Shown piece by piece: positions 10,511-19,928 of a stretch of 64,000 nt of DNA. Source of the stretch: Alphaproteobacteria bacterium TMED62 (lineage in GTDB: Bacteria; Pseudomonadota; Alphaproteobacteria; TMED109); contig NHDP01000016.1 of assembly GCA_002170595.1 (NCBI GenBank), positions 5,207-69,206 of the forward strand, in the 5' to 3' direction. A program made the position numbers and the translations under genes. Under the pieces are notes generated by a model. The model ran no database searches and was not told where the DNA came from. It was given only the letters and a program-made list of their open reading frames with translations. Every line of letters begins with the position of its first letter. The first letter of the stretch is position 1.

Positions 10511-10595
10511 AAATTTAATACTTTCCTAAATTAAGCTTCAAATAATTAAATAGTATTTATTTTAATAATAGATAATATCACTTTTTTAAAAAGCT

Positions 10596-11642
10596 TTAAT
10601 AAACTAAAATATCATTTTTTTTATAATTTTTATTTGATTTTTTTTCTCTAATTTTTTTAAAGTCAAAGGCTTTTATTCCATTACTAATTTTATTAATTCT
10701 TTTAAAATGAACATTATTGATATTTATTATATCACCTTTTAATATTTCTTTGCTAGCAACACAATATCTCACTATGCTATTTTTTAATTTTAACTCTTCA
10801 CAAATGGGTTTTTTATTAAAATCTCCTTTAATTTTTTCAATAAATCTAATTTCTTTAACCATTTGTTTAAAATCTTTTGGGTTTAAAGAAATTCCATGAT
10901 CGAATCCATGTCTCGTATTATCTAAAGTAAAATGCTTTTCAATTACTTTAGCACCTAACGCAACCGCAATTTTACAGGCCTCCCAGCCTGTACAATGGTC
11001 AGAGTATCCTGAAATAACTTTATATTTCTTTTCAATAAATTTAATAGAATTAAGGTTTATTTTTAATATTGGTGCTGGATATAAAGACACAGCATGCAAT
11101 ACACTAATATTATTTCTGTTTTTATTCATAATTATTTTAATTATTTTGCTTACCTCTTTATCATAAGCCATTCCAGTAGAAAGTATAATTGATTTATTTG
11201 TTTTTTTTATGGCTTCTAATAAAGGTATATTAGAAAGCAGACCAGAAGAAATTTTATATAATTTAAATTTTAATTTTTCGCATAATTTTAAACTATCCAA
11301 ATCTCCAGGAGTGGCAAATATTAAACCTCTGCTTTCATATTTTTTTATTAACTTTTTGTAACTACTTTCAGAAAGAATCGAATGCTTAAAAATTTCATAA
11401 GATTTAGTATTTTTAGAATATGAGTGATCAGGATTAACTATTTGAAATTTTACAGCATCGGCTCCTGCTTTAAAAGCTTTATCCACTAAAGTATTGGCTA
11501 GATTAAACTTTCCTTCATGATTTATTCCAATTTCTGCGATAATAAATGTAGGGGAGAGTAAATTGATCTTTCTATTGGTAGTCAAACAAAAGTCAATAGG
11601 GGATAGTTTTATTTTATTAAACATAATTTTATCCTCTAACAC
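10596..11642 (-). CDS. pseI: Nonulosonic acid synthase (NeuB family), probably pseudaminic acid synthase
   Basis: IIAEIGINHEG, GADAVKFQ, and a C-terminal SAF-like segment. It lies in the same strand block as pseB and pseG. Sequence alone cannot separate Pse, Leg and Neu specificity. An alternative start at Met7 (11624) would remove the 14-nt overlap. Confidence 0.7.
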   Translation of the reverse strand: MLEDKIMFNKIKLSPIDFCLTTNRKINLLSPTFIIAEIGINHEGKFNLANTLVDKAFKAGADAVKFQIVNPDHSYSKNTKSYEIFKHSILSESSYKKLIKKYESRGLIFATPGDLDSLKLCEKLKFKLYKISSGLLSNIPLLEAIKKTNKSIILSTGMAYDKEVSKIIKIIMNKNRNNISVLHAVSLYPAPILKINLNSIKFIEKKYKVISGYSDHCTGWEACKIAVALGAKVIEKHFTLDNTRHGFDHGISLNPKDFKQMVKEIRFIEKIKGDFNKKPICEELKLKNSIVRYCVASKEILKGDIININNVHFKRINKISNGIKAFDFKKIREKKSNKNYKKNDILVY

Positions 11643-12915
11643 TAAAAATACTTTTTAGTTCACAACCTTCTAAAAAATTTTGGGGATCTTTTTTTTTTAA
11701 AATATCTTTAACGTTTAAAAGAGATTTTTCTATCTTACTTACACTATTTTTTAGTATATCGTTATTACTATGAGCTAAACAAAGGTTAAAACTAGATCCC
11801 ATAAAGACCCCATTTTTTATAAACTCTTGCCTTAATAAGTGTAACAGAAAGCTTTGATTATTTTTTTTAATTATTAGTCTAGGCCACCAATCATTGCCTG
11901 CGAACTCTATGTAATCATTTAGCTCAATATCTCTAATTTTTCTGTTCGTTAGCTTTTTAAGTTTTTTTCCTAAAACACTTAACTTTTCAGGTACGTTTAA
12001 TTTTTCTATTTTATTCAATGTAGCTAATGCAGCTGCCATTGATAAAGTTTCTCCTGCATACGTACCTGAAACAAATACATCTTTCATTAAATTCATAATT
12101 TTTTTTTTTCCAACAATTGCAGATATTGGATAACCGTTGCCTAATGATTTACCAAAACAGCCTAAATCTGGTTTTATATTAAACTTTTCTGAAGCTCCAC
12201 CTAAACTAGTCCTAAAACCACAAACTATTTCATCAAAAATAATCAATATTCCATTTTTTCTGCATATTTTTTTTAATTCTTTTAAAAAATTTTTATTAGG
12301 GGGTGAATATCCATCAGGTTCAATTACTACTGCCGCTATTTTATTATTATATTTTTTAATATTATAAGTTAAGTTTTCAATATCATTAAACTTAAAGTTT
12401 TTAGTAAGCCTTCTTACTTCCTTAGGAACACCTGCATTTCTCGAAGTACTTCCAATAAACCAATCGTGCCATCCATGGTATCCAGAAACTAATACTAAAT
12501 CTTTTTTTGTATATGCTCTTGCCAACCTTATAGCGGCAGAAAGAACATCTGAACCATTTTTTCCAAACCTTACCATTTCTGCATAAGGAATAATAGTATT
12601 TAACTTCTCTGCTAATTCAATCTCAATAGGATGAGACATAGAAAAAATTACACCCTTATTTATTTGCTTTTTAACTGCCCTATCAACATCATTATCTTTG
12701 TATCCTAATATAATTGGTAATAAAGCTAAAAGATAATCAATGTATTTATTGCCATCAACATCATACACATAACACCCCTTTGCCTTTTCAAAAAACATTG
12801 GTGCAGCTCCCAAGGGCCACTGCATAGATGACTTAGAAAATGTCTGCGTTGCTAAAGGTATAGTTTTGGAAGCTCTACCATATAGTCTATTTGATATTTT
12901 GAAAGATTTCTTCAT
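11629..12915 (-). CDS. Class-III PLP aminotransferase (glutamate-1-semialdehyde aminomutase-like)
   Basis: GYHGWHDW, DEIVCGFR, PLP-Lys context CFGKSLGNGYPISA. 428 aa. Confidence 0.75.
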   Translation of the reverse strand: MKKSFKISNRLYGRASKTIPLATQTFSKSSMQWPLGAAPMFFEKAKGCYVYDVDGNKYIDYLLALLPIILGYKDNDVDRAVKKQINKGVIFSMSHPIEIELAEKLNTIIPYAEMVRFGKNGSDVLSAAIRLARAYTKKDLVLVSGYHGWHDWFIGSTSRNAGVPKEVRRLTKNFKFNDIENLTYNIKKYNNKIAAVVIEPDGYSPPNKNFLKELKKICRKNGILIIFDEIVCGFRTSLGGASEKFNIKPDLGCFGKSLGNGYPISAIVGKKKIMNLMKDVFVSGTYAGETLSMAAALATLNKIEKLNVPEKLSVLGKKLKKLTNRKIRDIELNDYIEFAGNDWWPRLIIKKNNQSFLLHLLRQEFIKNGVFMGSSFNLCLAHSNNDILKNSVSKIEKSLLNVKDILKKKDPQNFLEGCELKSIFSVRG

Positions 12916-14072
12916 TTAACCATTGAAATAATTTTTTTTATGTCTGGAAATGATAAAATTTTTTTTTTTTCTGCTTCCTTTTTCAAAATTGGTATTACCT
13001 TCTCAAAATTAATTGTTTTAAAAGAAAAGTTGTTCTCATTAAGTATTTTTATTAATGCAGACCTTCCTGATAGCTTTCCAAATCTTACAATTCCACCTTT
13101 AATACCAAAACTTTCGGCTTTTATTATTTCAAAACTCTTTCTATTTTTAATAATTGCTTTTTGATGCATTCCTGAAGCATGCGTAAAAACATTTGTCCCA
13201 AAAATAGGTTTGTTATCATGCATTTTAATTTTAGAAATACTCTCTATGAGCTTTTTAGCCCTATTAAAGTATTTCAAATTAATTTTTTTTGACAATACAT
13301 CTTTATATTTTAAATTTAATATTGCTATTATTTCTTCTAATGGAGCGTTTCCTGCTCTTTCTCCAAGCCCTCCAATAGTGCATTCTATTTGATCCGCTCC
13401 GCTACCAATTGCGGCTAAAGTATTAGCTGTCGCTAAACCAAGGTCATTATGACAATGTGCTGAAATTTTTATTTCTTTATTATTTACAAACTGTTTTTTT
13501 ATTTCTTTAATTAGTTTTGAATATTCTAAGGGAGTACTAAATCCAGTAGTATCAGGGAGACACAATGAAGAGGCTCCACTTTGCACTGCTACCTTTAAGG
13601 ATTTTTTTAAGAATCTTATGTCTGCTCTTGTGCAGTCTTGTGCTGTAAACTGAATATTATTAAAATACTTTTTTGCTAATTTAATTATTTCTTTAATTTG
13701 AATTATTATTTGATCTTTATTTTTGTTAATAGAGTACTCTATTTGCAAATCTGATACGGGCATCACTATTTGTAGCTTAACATTATTTATTGACTTTGTT
13801 GCTTCTCTTGCAATCAAAATATCCTTTTCCAGTGAACGAGCAAAAACACAAATAGTAGTATGCTTTTTACTTACTTTATTGCATAGATTTTTTATTATTT
13901 TTTCTTCTTCTATAGAAGCAGCTGGAAAACCTACTTCGATAGTATCAACTCCAATTTTTTCTAAAATTTCAAAGATTTTTAACTTATTACTTAAATTAAA
14001 AGCAATGCCAGGAGTTTGTTCTCCGTCTCGGAGAGTTGTATCTTGAATTTTTATTTTTTTACTATTCATCAT
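12912..14072 (-). CDS. HMGL-like (LeuA / homocitrate / citramalate synthase-type) 2-oxoacid condensing enzyme, lacking a regulatory domain
   Basis: IQDTTLRDGEQTPG, metal site SAHCHNDLGLATANTLAAI. The 386-aa length is short. There is a 4-nt ATGA overlap with the downstream aminotransferase. Confidence 0.75.
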   Translation of the reverse strand: MMNSKKIKIQDTTLRDGEQTPGIAFNLSNKLKIFEILEKIGVDTIEVGFPAASIEEEKIIKNLCNKVSKKHTTICVFARSLEKDILIAREATKSINNVKLQIVMPVSDLQIEYSINKNKDQIIIQIKEIIKLAKKYFNNIQFTAQDCTRADIRFLKKSLKVAVQSGASSLCLPDTTGFSTPLEYSKLIKEIKKQFVNNKEIKISAHCHNDLGLATANTLAAIGSGADQIECTIGGLGERAGNAPLEEIIAILNLKYKDVLSKKINLKYFNRAKKLIESISKIKMHDNKPIFGTNVFTHASGMHQKAIIKNRKSFEIIKAESFGIKGGIVRFGKLSGRSALIKILNENNFSFKTINFEKVIPILKKEAEKKKILSFPDIKKIISMVK

Positions 14073-14859
14073 TAATTAATTTATTTAAGTCTTTTTTGCT
14101 ATTTTCATTATAAGCTATATGATTATTAATCTTAAATAAATCACTATTTTTTTGAATTAAATTTACTGCTTGTTGCCATTCACAGTTATTTCCTAATTTT
14201 TTACATACCTCATTCAAAAGATTTAAATCTTCTTCTCTATCCAAAGTTAATCTAAATAAGCTTAAATCTTTCAGGTTCTTAATTTGAGCTGTTTTAAAAT
14301 TTCCAGAGGACATATATTTTTTTAATTTTCCAGATATATATGGGGTAACATGCTCTCTTGTAAATGCATTAGCTTTTTTTTCTGCTTCATACAGAGCAGA
14401 TGATTTAAAAACCTCAACATCTATTCCATCAGGGTATGTTCTTATAATAGTGTTAGATACATAGTCTAATTTTTTTTCTAATATTTTTTTTATGCTTTTA
14501 TCTATAAGGTTATGATCAATCAAAGGACAGTCTCCTGTAATTCTAACTATATAATCTGCACTTTGTTTTTTTGAAATTAAGACAAATCTTGATAAAACGT
14601 TATTTAGGTTGCCTCTGAATGTATTTATTTTAAAAGCTTTTAAATACTTAGCTAGAATATCATCAGAAGAGTGATCAGAACATGCCAGCCATAGTTCATG
14701 AATTAATCTACTTTTACTAACCCTATTTATTACCATTTCTATACAAGGAGTTCCATTTATCTTAATTAGACTTTTCCCAGGTAACCTGGTTGAGCTCATC
14801 CTAGCTTGAATAATACAAATTACTCTTTTTTTTTTCATTTTGTTTTGATTGCTTCGCAT
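14062..14859 (-). CDS. SpsF/FlmC-like cytidylyltransferase
   Basis: VICIIQARMSSTRLPGKSL signature. The likely true start is Met8 at 14838, which gives an ATGA overlap with the ATP-grasp stop. Confidence 0.7.
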   Translation of the reverse strand: MRSNQNKMKKKRVICIIQARMSSTRLPGKSLIKINGTPCIEMVINRVSKSRLIHELWLACSDHSSDDILAKYLKAFKINTFRGNLNNVLSRFVLISKKQSADYIVRITGDCPLIDHNLIDKSIKKILEKKLDYVSNTIIRTYPDGIDVEVFKSSALYEAEKKANAFTREHVTPYISGKLKKYMSSGNFKTAQIKNLKDLSLFRLTLDREEDLNLLNEVCKKLGNNCEWQQAVNLIQKNSDLFKINNHIAYNENSKKDLNKLINDE

Positions 14860-15890
14860 ACTACTTTAGGCACTATTTTTAATCCATCTTTAGGATATTT
14901 AATAGCTCCAATTTTTTTATTAATGTTTAATTTTAGCAAATTTTTATATAAAGGTACTCCCGCTATAACTGAGATTACTGCGCTTCCACTTATTCTGGGA
15001 TTAATTTCTATTACAGTTGGTTCACCATTCGATTTAGTCATTACATCAATATCAACTAACCAAGAAAGACTTAATAAAGCTACTATTTTTTTTGACAACT
15101 CTTCTAATTGTTTATTTTTTCTTATTATGTTTCCTTTGAAAGGAACTCCAGCAGGATTTATTCTTTCTCTGACTACACTATACAAATATTTTCCTTGATA
15201 AGCCAAAACGTCTAAATCATAACAAGGAGAAAAAAGCCTTTCGGATAAGATTTTCGGAAAATTAAACTTTATAATTCTTTTTATATTTTTTTTGAAATAG
15301 CTCAGACTCATATGTAATTCTCTAGACTCATTATAAACTTTAAAACCTATTATTTTTTTAGCAATTACTATTGTACCTCTGTTACCTCTAGCTATAGGAT
15401 CTTTAATTACCACGCCAGAGTAGGTATTATAAAAATAATTAACAAACTTTAAAAGTTCTGATTTTGACCTTACTACTCTAAAATCAGGAGTACTTATATT
15501 ATTTTTTTTCAAAAATTCATAAGTTTTTATTTTGTTTGAAATAATTTTATTTATTTCCGGTAGTTGACAAGCAATAGACACATTTAGTTTTTCAAACCTA
15601 TTTAAATTATAAGATAATTTAATAGCCTCTTCGTCAGAACAAGGTAAAATAAAATTTATCTTATATTTTTTCACATACTTGATAACCTGAAGAATATAAT
15701 TTTCATTATTTCCCTTAGGTAACTGTATACACAAATCAGCTGCAGTATTTTCATTATATAATTTTCTAGAGTCTGCAGATAAAATCCATATTTTGTGCTT
15801 AAAAGTTTTTCTAAAATACTCAATATTTTGTAAACCTAAGAATCCACCTGCTGAAGTAATTAATATCCTATGGCTATAATTTATGTTCAC
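14835..15890 (-). CDS. ATP-grasp family ligase
   Basis: N-terminus ILITSAGGFLG, central VIKDPIARGNRG, C-terminal Mg/ATP site VIEINPRISGS. Confidence 0.7.
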   Translation of the reverse strand: MNINYSHRILITSAGGFLGLQNIEYFRKTFKHKIWILSADSRKLYNENTAADLCIQLPKGNNENYILQVIKYVKKYKINFILPCSDEEAIKLSYNLNRFEKLNVSIACQLPEINKIISNKIKTYEFLKKNNISTPDFRVVRSKSELLKFVNYFYNTYSGVVIKDPIARGNRGTIVIAKKIIGFKVYNESRELHMSLSYFKKNIKRIIKFNFPKILSERLFSPCYDLDVLAYQGKYLYSVVRERINPAGVPFKGNIIRKNKQLEELSKKIVALLSLSWLVDIDVMTKSNGEPTVIEINPRISGSAVISVIAGVPLYKNLLKLNINKKIGAIKYPKDGLKIVPKVVCEAIKTK

Positions 15891-16025
15891 TTTTTTAAAT
15901 TAAGTTATTTTTTAAAAATTAATTTTTTTTAATTATTATAATAATCTAAGTTAATTGATTAATATATTCAATTATTACTCTTAATTATAATACAATTAAC
16001 AAATAGAAAAAAATTGTTATTTATT

Positions 16026-16889
16026 TTACCAATTTGAAGGATTTAATAATTTATCATTATTTAATTCTAACCACTTAGGATAAGCTAATTTTATTTTTTC
16101 AAGATTACTTACTTGATTTAAACTCTGCCTACTATTGATACCAACCACTATTTTCGATATTCTTTTATCTAATAATAAAGAATTCATACAAGCTTGTAAT
16201 TTTGATATATTTTTCTTTTCAACCCAAGCTTCAAATTTTTCAAAAAAGTCTTTATACAAAAAAAAATTTACCGGTAAACTTTTTGCTTCAGTTAGTAATA
16301 ATCCTTGAAGAAATACTGAACGTACATGAATTTCTACACCATCATTGTACATTTTATTAATCCATTTTCCTTTTTCAAATCTTTTATCAACTATACTATA
16401 AGGTATTTGAACTATATCAGGCTTGAAATAATTATATAACTCTTCCAATTCCTCTACATTATAAATAGTATAACCAATTTTTGAGATTTTTTTATTTTTC
16501 TTAAAGTCAATAAAAACTTCCAATAATTTTTTATCTTTAAGTAAGTTAATTGGATTTCTAATTAAAATTGCATATATTTTTTTTACATTTAAATTTGATA
16601 GAGAGCTTTGTATATTTTTTTTTAAATTATCTGAGCTATTTATTTTATAATTTTTCATTAAAGATACTTTAGTTATTATATTAAATGATTTTAAGTCAAA
16701 ATTACCTATTTTTTTTTCAACTCCTGTATATTCTGGTGCAGTATCTATGGTATCTATCTTAAATTTTAAGCAATCATCGAGGATGTACCTAATTTGATTT
16801 AGGTTTAAAAAATTCTTATTTGTAATGCCATAATTATTAGAAAACTGAGCAGTTCCTATAGCAATTTTATTATTTTTTTTATATTTCAT
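16026..16889 (-). CDS. Aldo/keto reductase family oxidoreductase
   Basis: IGTAQFSNNYG, DTAPEYTG (catalytic Asp/Tyr region). 287 aa. Confidence 0.65.
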   Translation of the reverse strand: MKYKKNNKIAIGTAQFSNNYGITNKNFLNLNQIRYILDDCLKFKIDTIDTAPEYTGVEKKIGNFDLKSFNIITKVSLMKNYKINSSDNLKKNIQSSLSNLNVKKIYAILIRNPINLLKDKKLLEVFIDFKKNKKISKIGYTIYNVEELEELYNYFKPDIVQIPYSIVDKRFEKGKWINKMYNDGVEIHVRSVFLQGLLLTEAKSLPVNFFLYKDFFEKFEAWVEKKNISKLQACMNSLLLDKRISKIVVGINSRQSLNQVSNLEKIKLAYPKWLELNNDKLLNPSNW

Positions 16890-16896
16890 TTATTTT

Positions 16897-16983
16897 TGGT
16901 GCCCACTCCCGGACTCGAACCGGGACGTCTTTACAGACAAGGGATTTTAAGTCCCTTGCGTCTACCTATTCCGCCAAGTGGGC
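16897..16983 (-). tRNA. tRNA-Leu (anticodon UAA), class II with long variable arm, CCA encoded
   Basis: Reverse complement GCCCACTTGGCGGAATAGGTAGACGCAAGGGACTTAAAATCCCTTGTCTGTAAAGACGTCCCGGTTCGAGTCCGGGAGTGGGCACCA folds as a cloverleaf. Acceptor GCCCACT/AGTGGGC, anticodon loop CU-UAA-AA, variable hairpin GTCT-GTAA-AGAC, T-loop TTCGAGT. Confidence 0.95.
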
Positions 16984-17016
16984 AAAGTCATTACTTTAAT
17001 AACAAATAAATGTGTT

Positions 17017-17760
17017 TTAATCTACAGTAAATTCAATATCTCTGTTTTTTAATAATTTGCAAAATTTTTTAATTACTTTTTCTAATATTTTTTTATTACT
17101 ACATCTAAAAACTATATTTGTGCCAATATCTGGAGGTTTATAAAATGGATAACTACCTATATCTAAATCAGAATATTCTTTATTAATTTTATATAGAGTG
17201 TCAGCAATATCTCCTTCTGGTTTTTTTACTTTTACTGTTCTTGAAAATATTATTTTTCCTTTTTTTAATTTTTTTTCTACACTTTCTAAAAACATAGATT
17301 GCATTATTTTTGGAACCCCTGCCATAACCCATACATTCTTAATTTTAAAACCAGGCGCTGCACTTACTGGATTAGCAATTAAGGTAGCCCTAGATGGCAA
17401 ATATGCCATTTTCATTCTACTTTTATTCAATTCAAAATTACTATTTTCATAATGTTTTTTGAGTAACTCCTTTGCTTTTTTATTTAATACTAATTTTCTT
17501 TTAAATGCTCTTGCAATTGCTAAAGCTGTAATATCATCATGAGTTGGACCAATACCCCCTGTAACAAAAACATGTTTATATTTTTTTGACGCCTTTAAAA
17601 CTTCTTTTATTATTTCTTTATAATTGTCGGCAATAATTTTAATTTCACATAATTTTATTCCTATTTTAGAACAACGTTTAGCTATGAAATTACTATTTAA
17701 ATCTAAAGTCCTACCTGATAAAATTTCATTTCCTATAATTATAATTGCTGAAGTAATCAT
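17017..17760 (-). CDS. CinA-like / MoCF-biosynthesis (molybdopterin-binding) domain protein
   Basis: IIGNEILSGRTLDLNSNFIA and VFVTGGIGPTHDDIT motifs. Confidence 0.7.
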   Translation of the reverse strand: MITSAIIIIGNEILSGRTLDLNSNFIAKRCSKIGIKLCEIKIIADNYKEIIKEVLKASKKYKHVFVTGGIGPTHDDITALAIARAFKRKLVLNKKAKELLKKHYENSNFELNKSRMKMAYLPSRATLIANPVSAAPGFKIKNVWVMAGVPKIMQSMFLESVEKKLKKGKIIFSRTVKVKKPEGDIADTLYKINKEYSDLDIGSYPFYKPPDIGTNIVFRCSNKKILEKVIKKFCKLLKNRDIEFTVD

Positions 17761-17863
17761 ATAGTAAGGATATACAATTATAAACGTTAAGTAAAAATAT
17801 TTTATTCAAAAAAGAAGCATTGAGATTTTTTTTTATAGAGTTAATATTAATTAGTGAGAACAT

Positions 17864-18676
17864 ATGAATGATACTAATATTTTAGATGAGTATAATAACA
17901 CGGTTATTATACATACTAAAAAAGATTTTATAAAAATGAGAGAAGCAGGCAAACTCGCCTCACAAGTTCTGGATTTTATAACTCCTTTTGTAAAAGAAAA
18001 AATATCAACATTGGAATTAGACAACTTATGTCATGACTATATAGTTTCTCATGGGGCTATTCCAGCACCTCTAAATTACAAAGGATTTCCAAAATCAATT
18101 TGTACTTCAGTCAATCATGTTGTTTGCCATGGTATTCCAGGAAAAAAAATACTTAATAGAGGAGATATAATTAACATAGATATAACTGTAATCTTAAATG
18201 GATGGCATGGAGATACAAGCCGTATGTTTATAATAGGAAAAGAGAGTGTAAAATCAAAAAAGTTAATAGAAGTAACATTTCAATCTATGTGGGAAGGAAT
18301 AAAAAAAGTAAAGCCAGGTAATACTCTTGGAGATATAGGGTATGCTATACAAAAATACGCTGAAAGTTTTGGGTATTCAGTAGTAAAAGATTTTTGTGGT
18401 CATGGGATTGGACAGGTATTTCATTGTGCTCCTAATATTTTACATTATGGAGAATTAGGTAAGGGAATGAAATTACAAGAGGGGATGATCTTTACTATAG
18501 AACCAATGATAAATGTAGGGAAGGCTGATATTAAAATATTAGATGATGGTTGGACTGCCGTTACTAGAGATAAGAAGTTGTCTGCTCAATATGAGCATAC
18601 TATCGGTGTTACAGAAGATGGATATGAAGTATTTACAATTTCACAGGAGGAAACAAAGTATAATAACAGTTGTTAA
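17864..18676 (+). CDS. map: Methionine aminopeptidase, type I
   Basis: VCHGIP, DITVILNGWHGDTS, GHGIG, FTIEPM, QYEHT metal-ligand motifs. Confidence 0.9.
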   Translation: MNDTNILDEYNNTVIIHTKKDFIKMREAGKLASQVLDFITPFVKEKISTLELDNLCHDYIVSHGAIPAPLNYKGFPKSICTSVNHVVCHGIPGKKILNRGDIINIDITVILNGWHGDTSRMFIIGKESVKSKKLIEVTFQSMWEGIKKVKPGNTLGDIGYAIQKYAESFGYSVVKDFCGHGIGQVFHCAPNILHYGELGKGMKLQEGMIFTIEPMINVGKADIKILDDGWTAVTRDKKLSAQYEHTIGVTEDGYEVFTISQEETKYNNSC

Positions 18677-18704
18677 AAATATTTTTTTTTAGTAAATTAA
18701 TATT

Positions 18705-18890
18705 ATGTTTTATCATCCTCTAATGGGAATATCAATTTTTTTACTAGCTATAATTATCTCATTTGTATTGGGCAGATTGTACATAAAAAAAAAATCAAAT
18801 ATTCATAATTCAGACAAAGATAAAAAACAAAAAAATATTCCTCAAGGTGAAATTACCTCACCGGATGCCCCTTGGTTAGATGAAAAATAA
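18705..18890 (+). CDS. Small hypothetical membrane protein (61 aa)
   Basis: One N-terminal hydrophobic helix (ISIFLLAIIISFVLG) followed by a charged tail. It sits in a gap with no competing ORF. There is no homology evidence. Confidence 0.35.
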   Translation: MFYHPLMGISIFLLAIIISFVLGRLYIKKKSNIHNSDKDKKQKNIPQGEITSPDAPWLDEK

Positions 18891-18967
18891 TCTTTTTAAA
18901 ATTTATAGCCTAATATTATCGGCATTAATGTATTGATTTAAATTAAAAAAAAACTACTATTAAGAAA

Positions 18968-19501
18968 ATGAAGTTTTTAACTAAAATCTTGGCTCTTCTC
19001 CTTCTTTTAGGCTCTTTACGTATTTCTTATGCTGTAGAGTTTGAGGAGACTATAGACACTATAGAAATTAGAAAAGCAGCTATGCAAAATTTATGGCAAA
19101 GAATTAAAAGACTTTCACCTTATGTAGAACTTAAAGAAAAAGTTGAATATAATAAAGATCTTGCTGTAACCGATGCCCAGGAAGTAATCAATTTATTAGA
19201 ACAAACAAAAAACCTATGGCCTTTAAATAGTAATATTTCAGGAAAGGGTTTTACTAATGCTACTCCCGCAATATGGGTACTTCCTGACTATTTTGAAAAA
19301 TTATATTCTTCTGCTGAAAAATCGGCTTATATACTAAAACAATCCATTTTAGATGATGATATTGACAGTACAATTTCTGCGATGTGTAATCTGGGAACAT
19401 CTTGTGGAACATGTCATGCAAATTTTAGAAGGTTGCTTACTAGTCAGCTAGCTAATGAAGTAAGCGGTTGGTCAGGTCAGTATGTTAATGGCTGTAAATA
19501 G
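18968..19501 (+). CDS. Class II c-type cytochrome (cytochrome c'/c556-like), secreted
   Basis: Signal peptide MKFLTKILALLLLLGSLRISYA and a single C-terminal haem motif CGTCH, the arrangement typical of class II cytochromes c. Confidence 0.65.
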   Translation: MKFLTKILALLLLLGSLRISYAVEFEETIDTIEIRKAAMQNLWQRIKRLSPYVELKEKVEYNKDLAVTDAQEVINLLEQTKNLWPLNSNISGKGFTNATPAIWVLPDYFEKLYSSAEKSAYILKQSILDDDIDSTISAMCNLGTSCGTCHANFRRLLTSQLANEVSGWSGQYVNGCK

Positions 19502-19502
19502 T

Positions 19503-19847
19503 TTATTGAAGATTTGAACCTTTTAAAACATATTTCCCATCTTTTAGTCCATCAAAAACTGAATTAATTTGAGGGTGAGAGCATGGATCTAAATTTTCAT
19601 CATGTAACAAATTTTGTTGAGAAACATAAGCAATATAAGGACCATCATCATTTTCAGCGAACAAATGATAAAAAGGCTGATTTCTTTTTGGTCTTATATC
19701 TTTTGGGATAGAGTCATACCATTCTTCACTATTCATAAATTCTGGGTCGACGTCAAAAATAACACCTCTAAATGGATAATATCTATGTTTAACTAATTCA
19801 CCAATAGTAAATTTAGGACTATCTAGTTTATTTTTATTTTCTAACAT
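19503..19847 (-). CDS. hspQ: HspQ/YccV-like hemimethylated-DNA-binding domain protein
   Basis: FTIGELVKHRYYPFRGVIFDVDPEF...PFYHL...YVSQQNL, characteristic of the YccV family. Confidence 0.7.
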   Translation of the reverse strand: MLENKNKLDSPKFTIGELVKHRYYPFRGVIFDVDPEFMNSEEWYDSIPKDIRPKRNQPFYHLFAENDDGPYIAYVSQQNLLHDENLDPCSHPQINSVFDGLKDGKYVLKGSNLQ

Positions 19848-19928
19848 AATTAAATTATAATTATAAATTTCTATTTTTCAATATTCTATTATTGTTTTAT
19901 ATTAAATTAATAATAACAGGAGAAAAAA

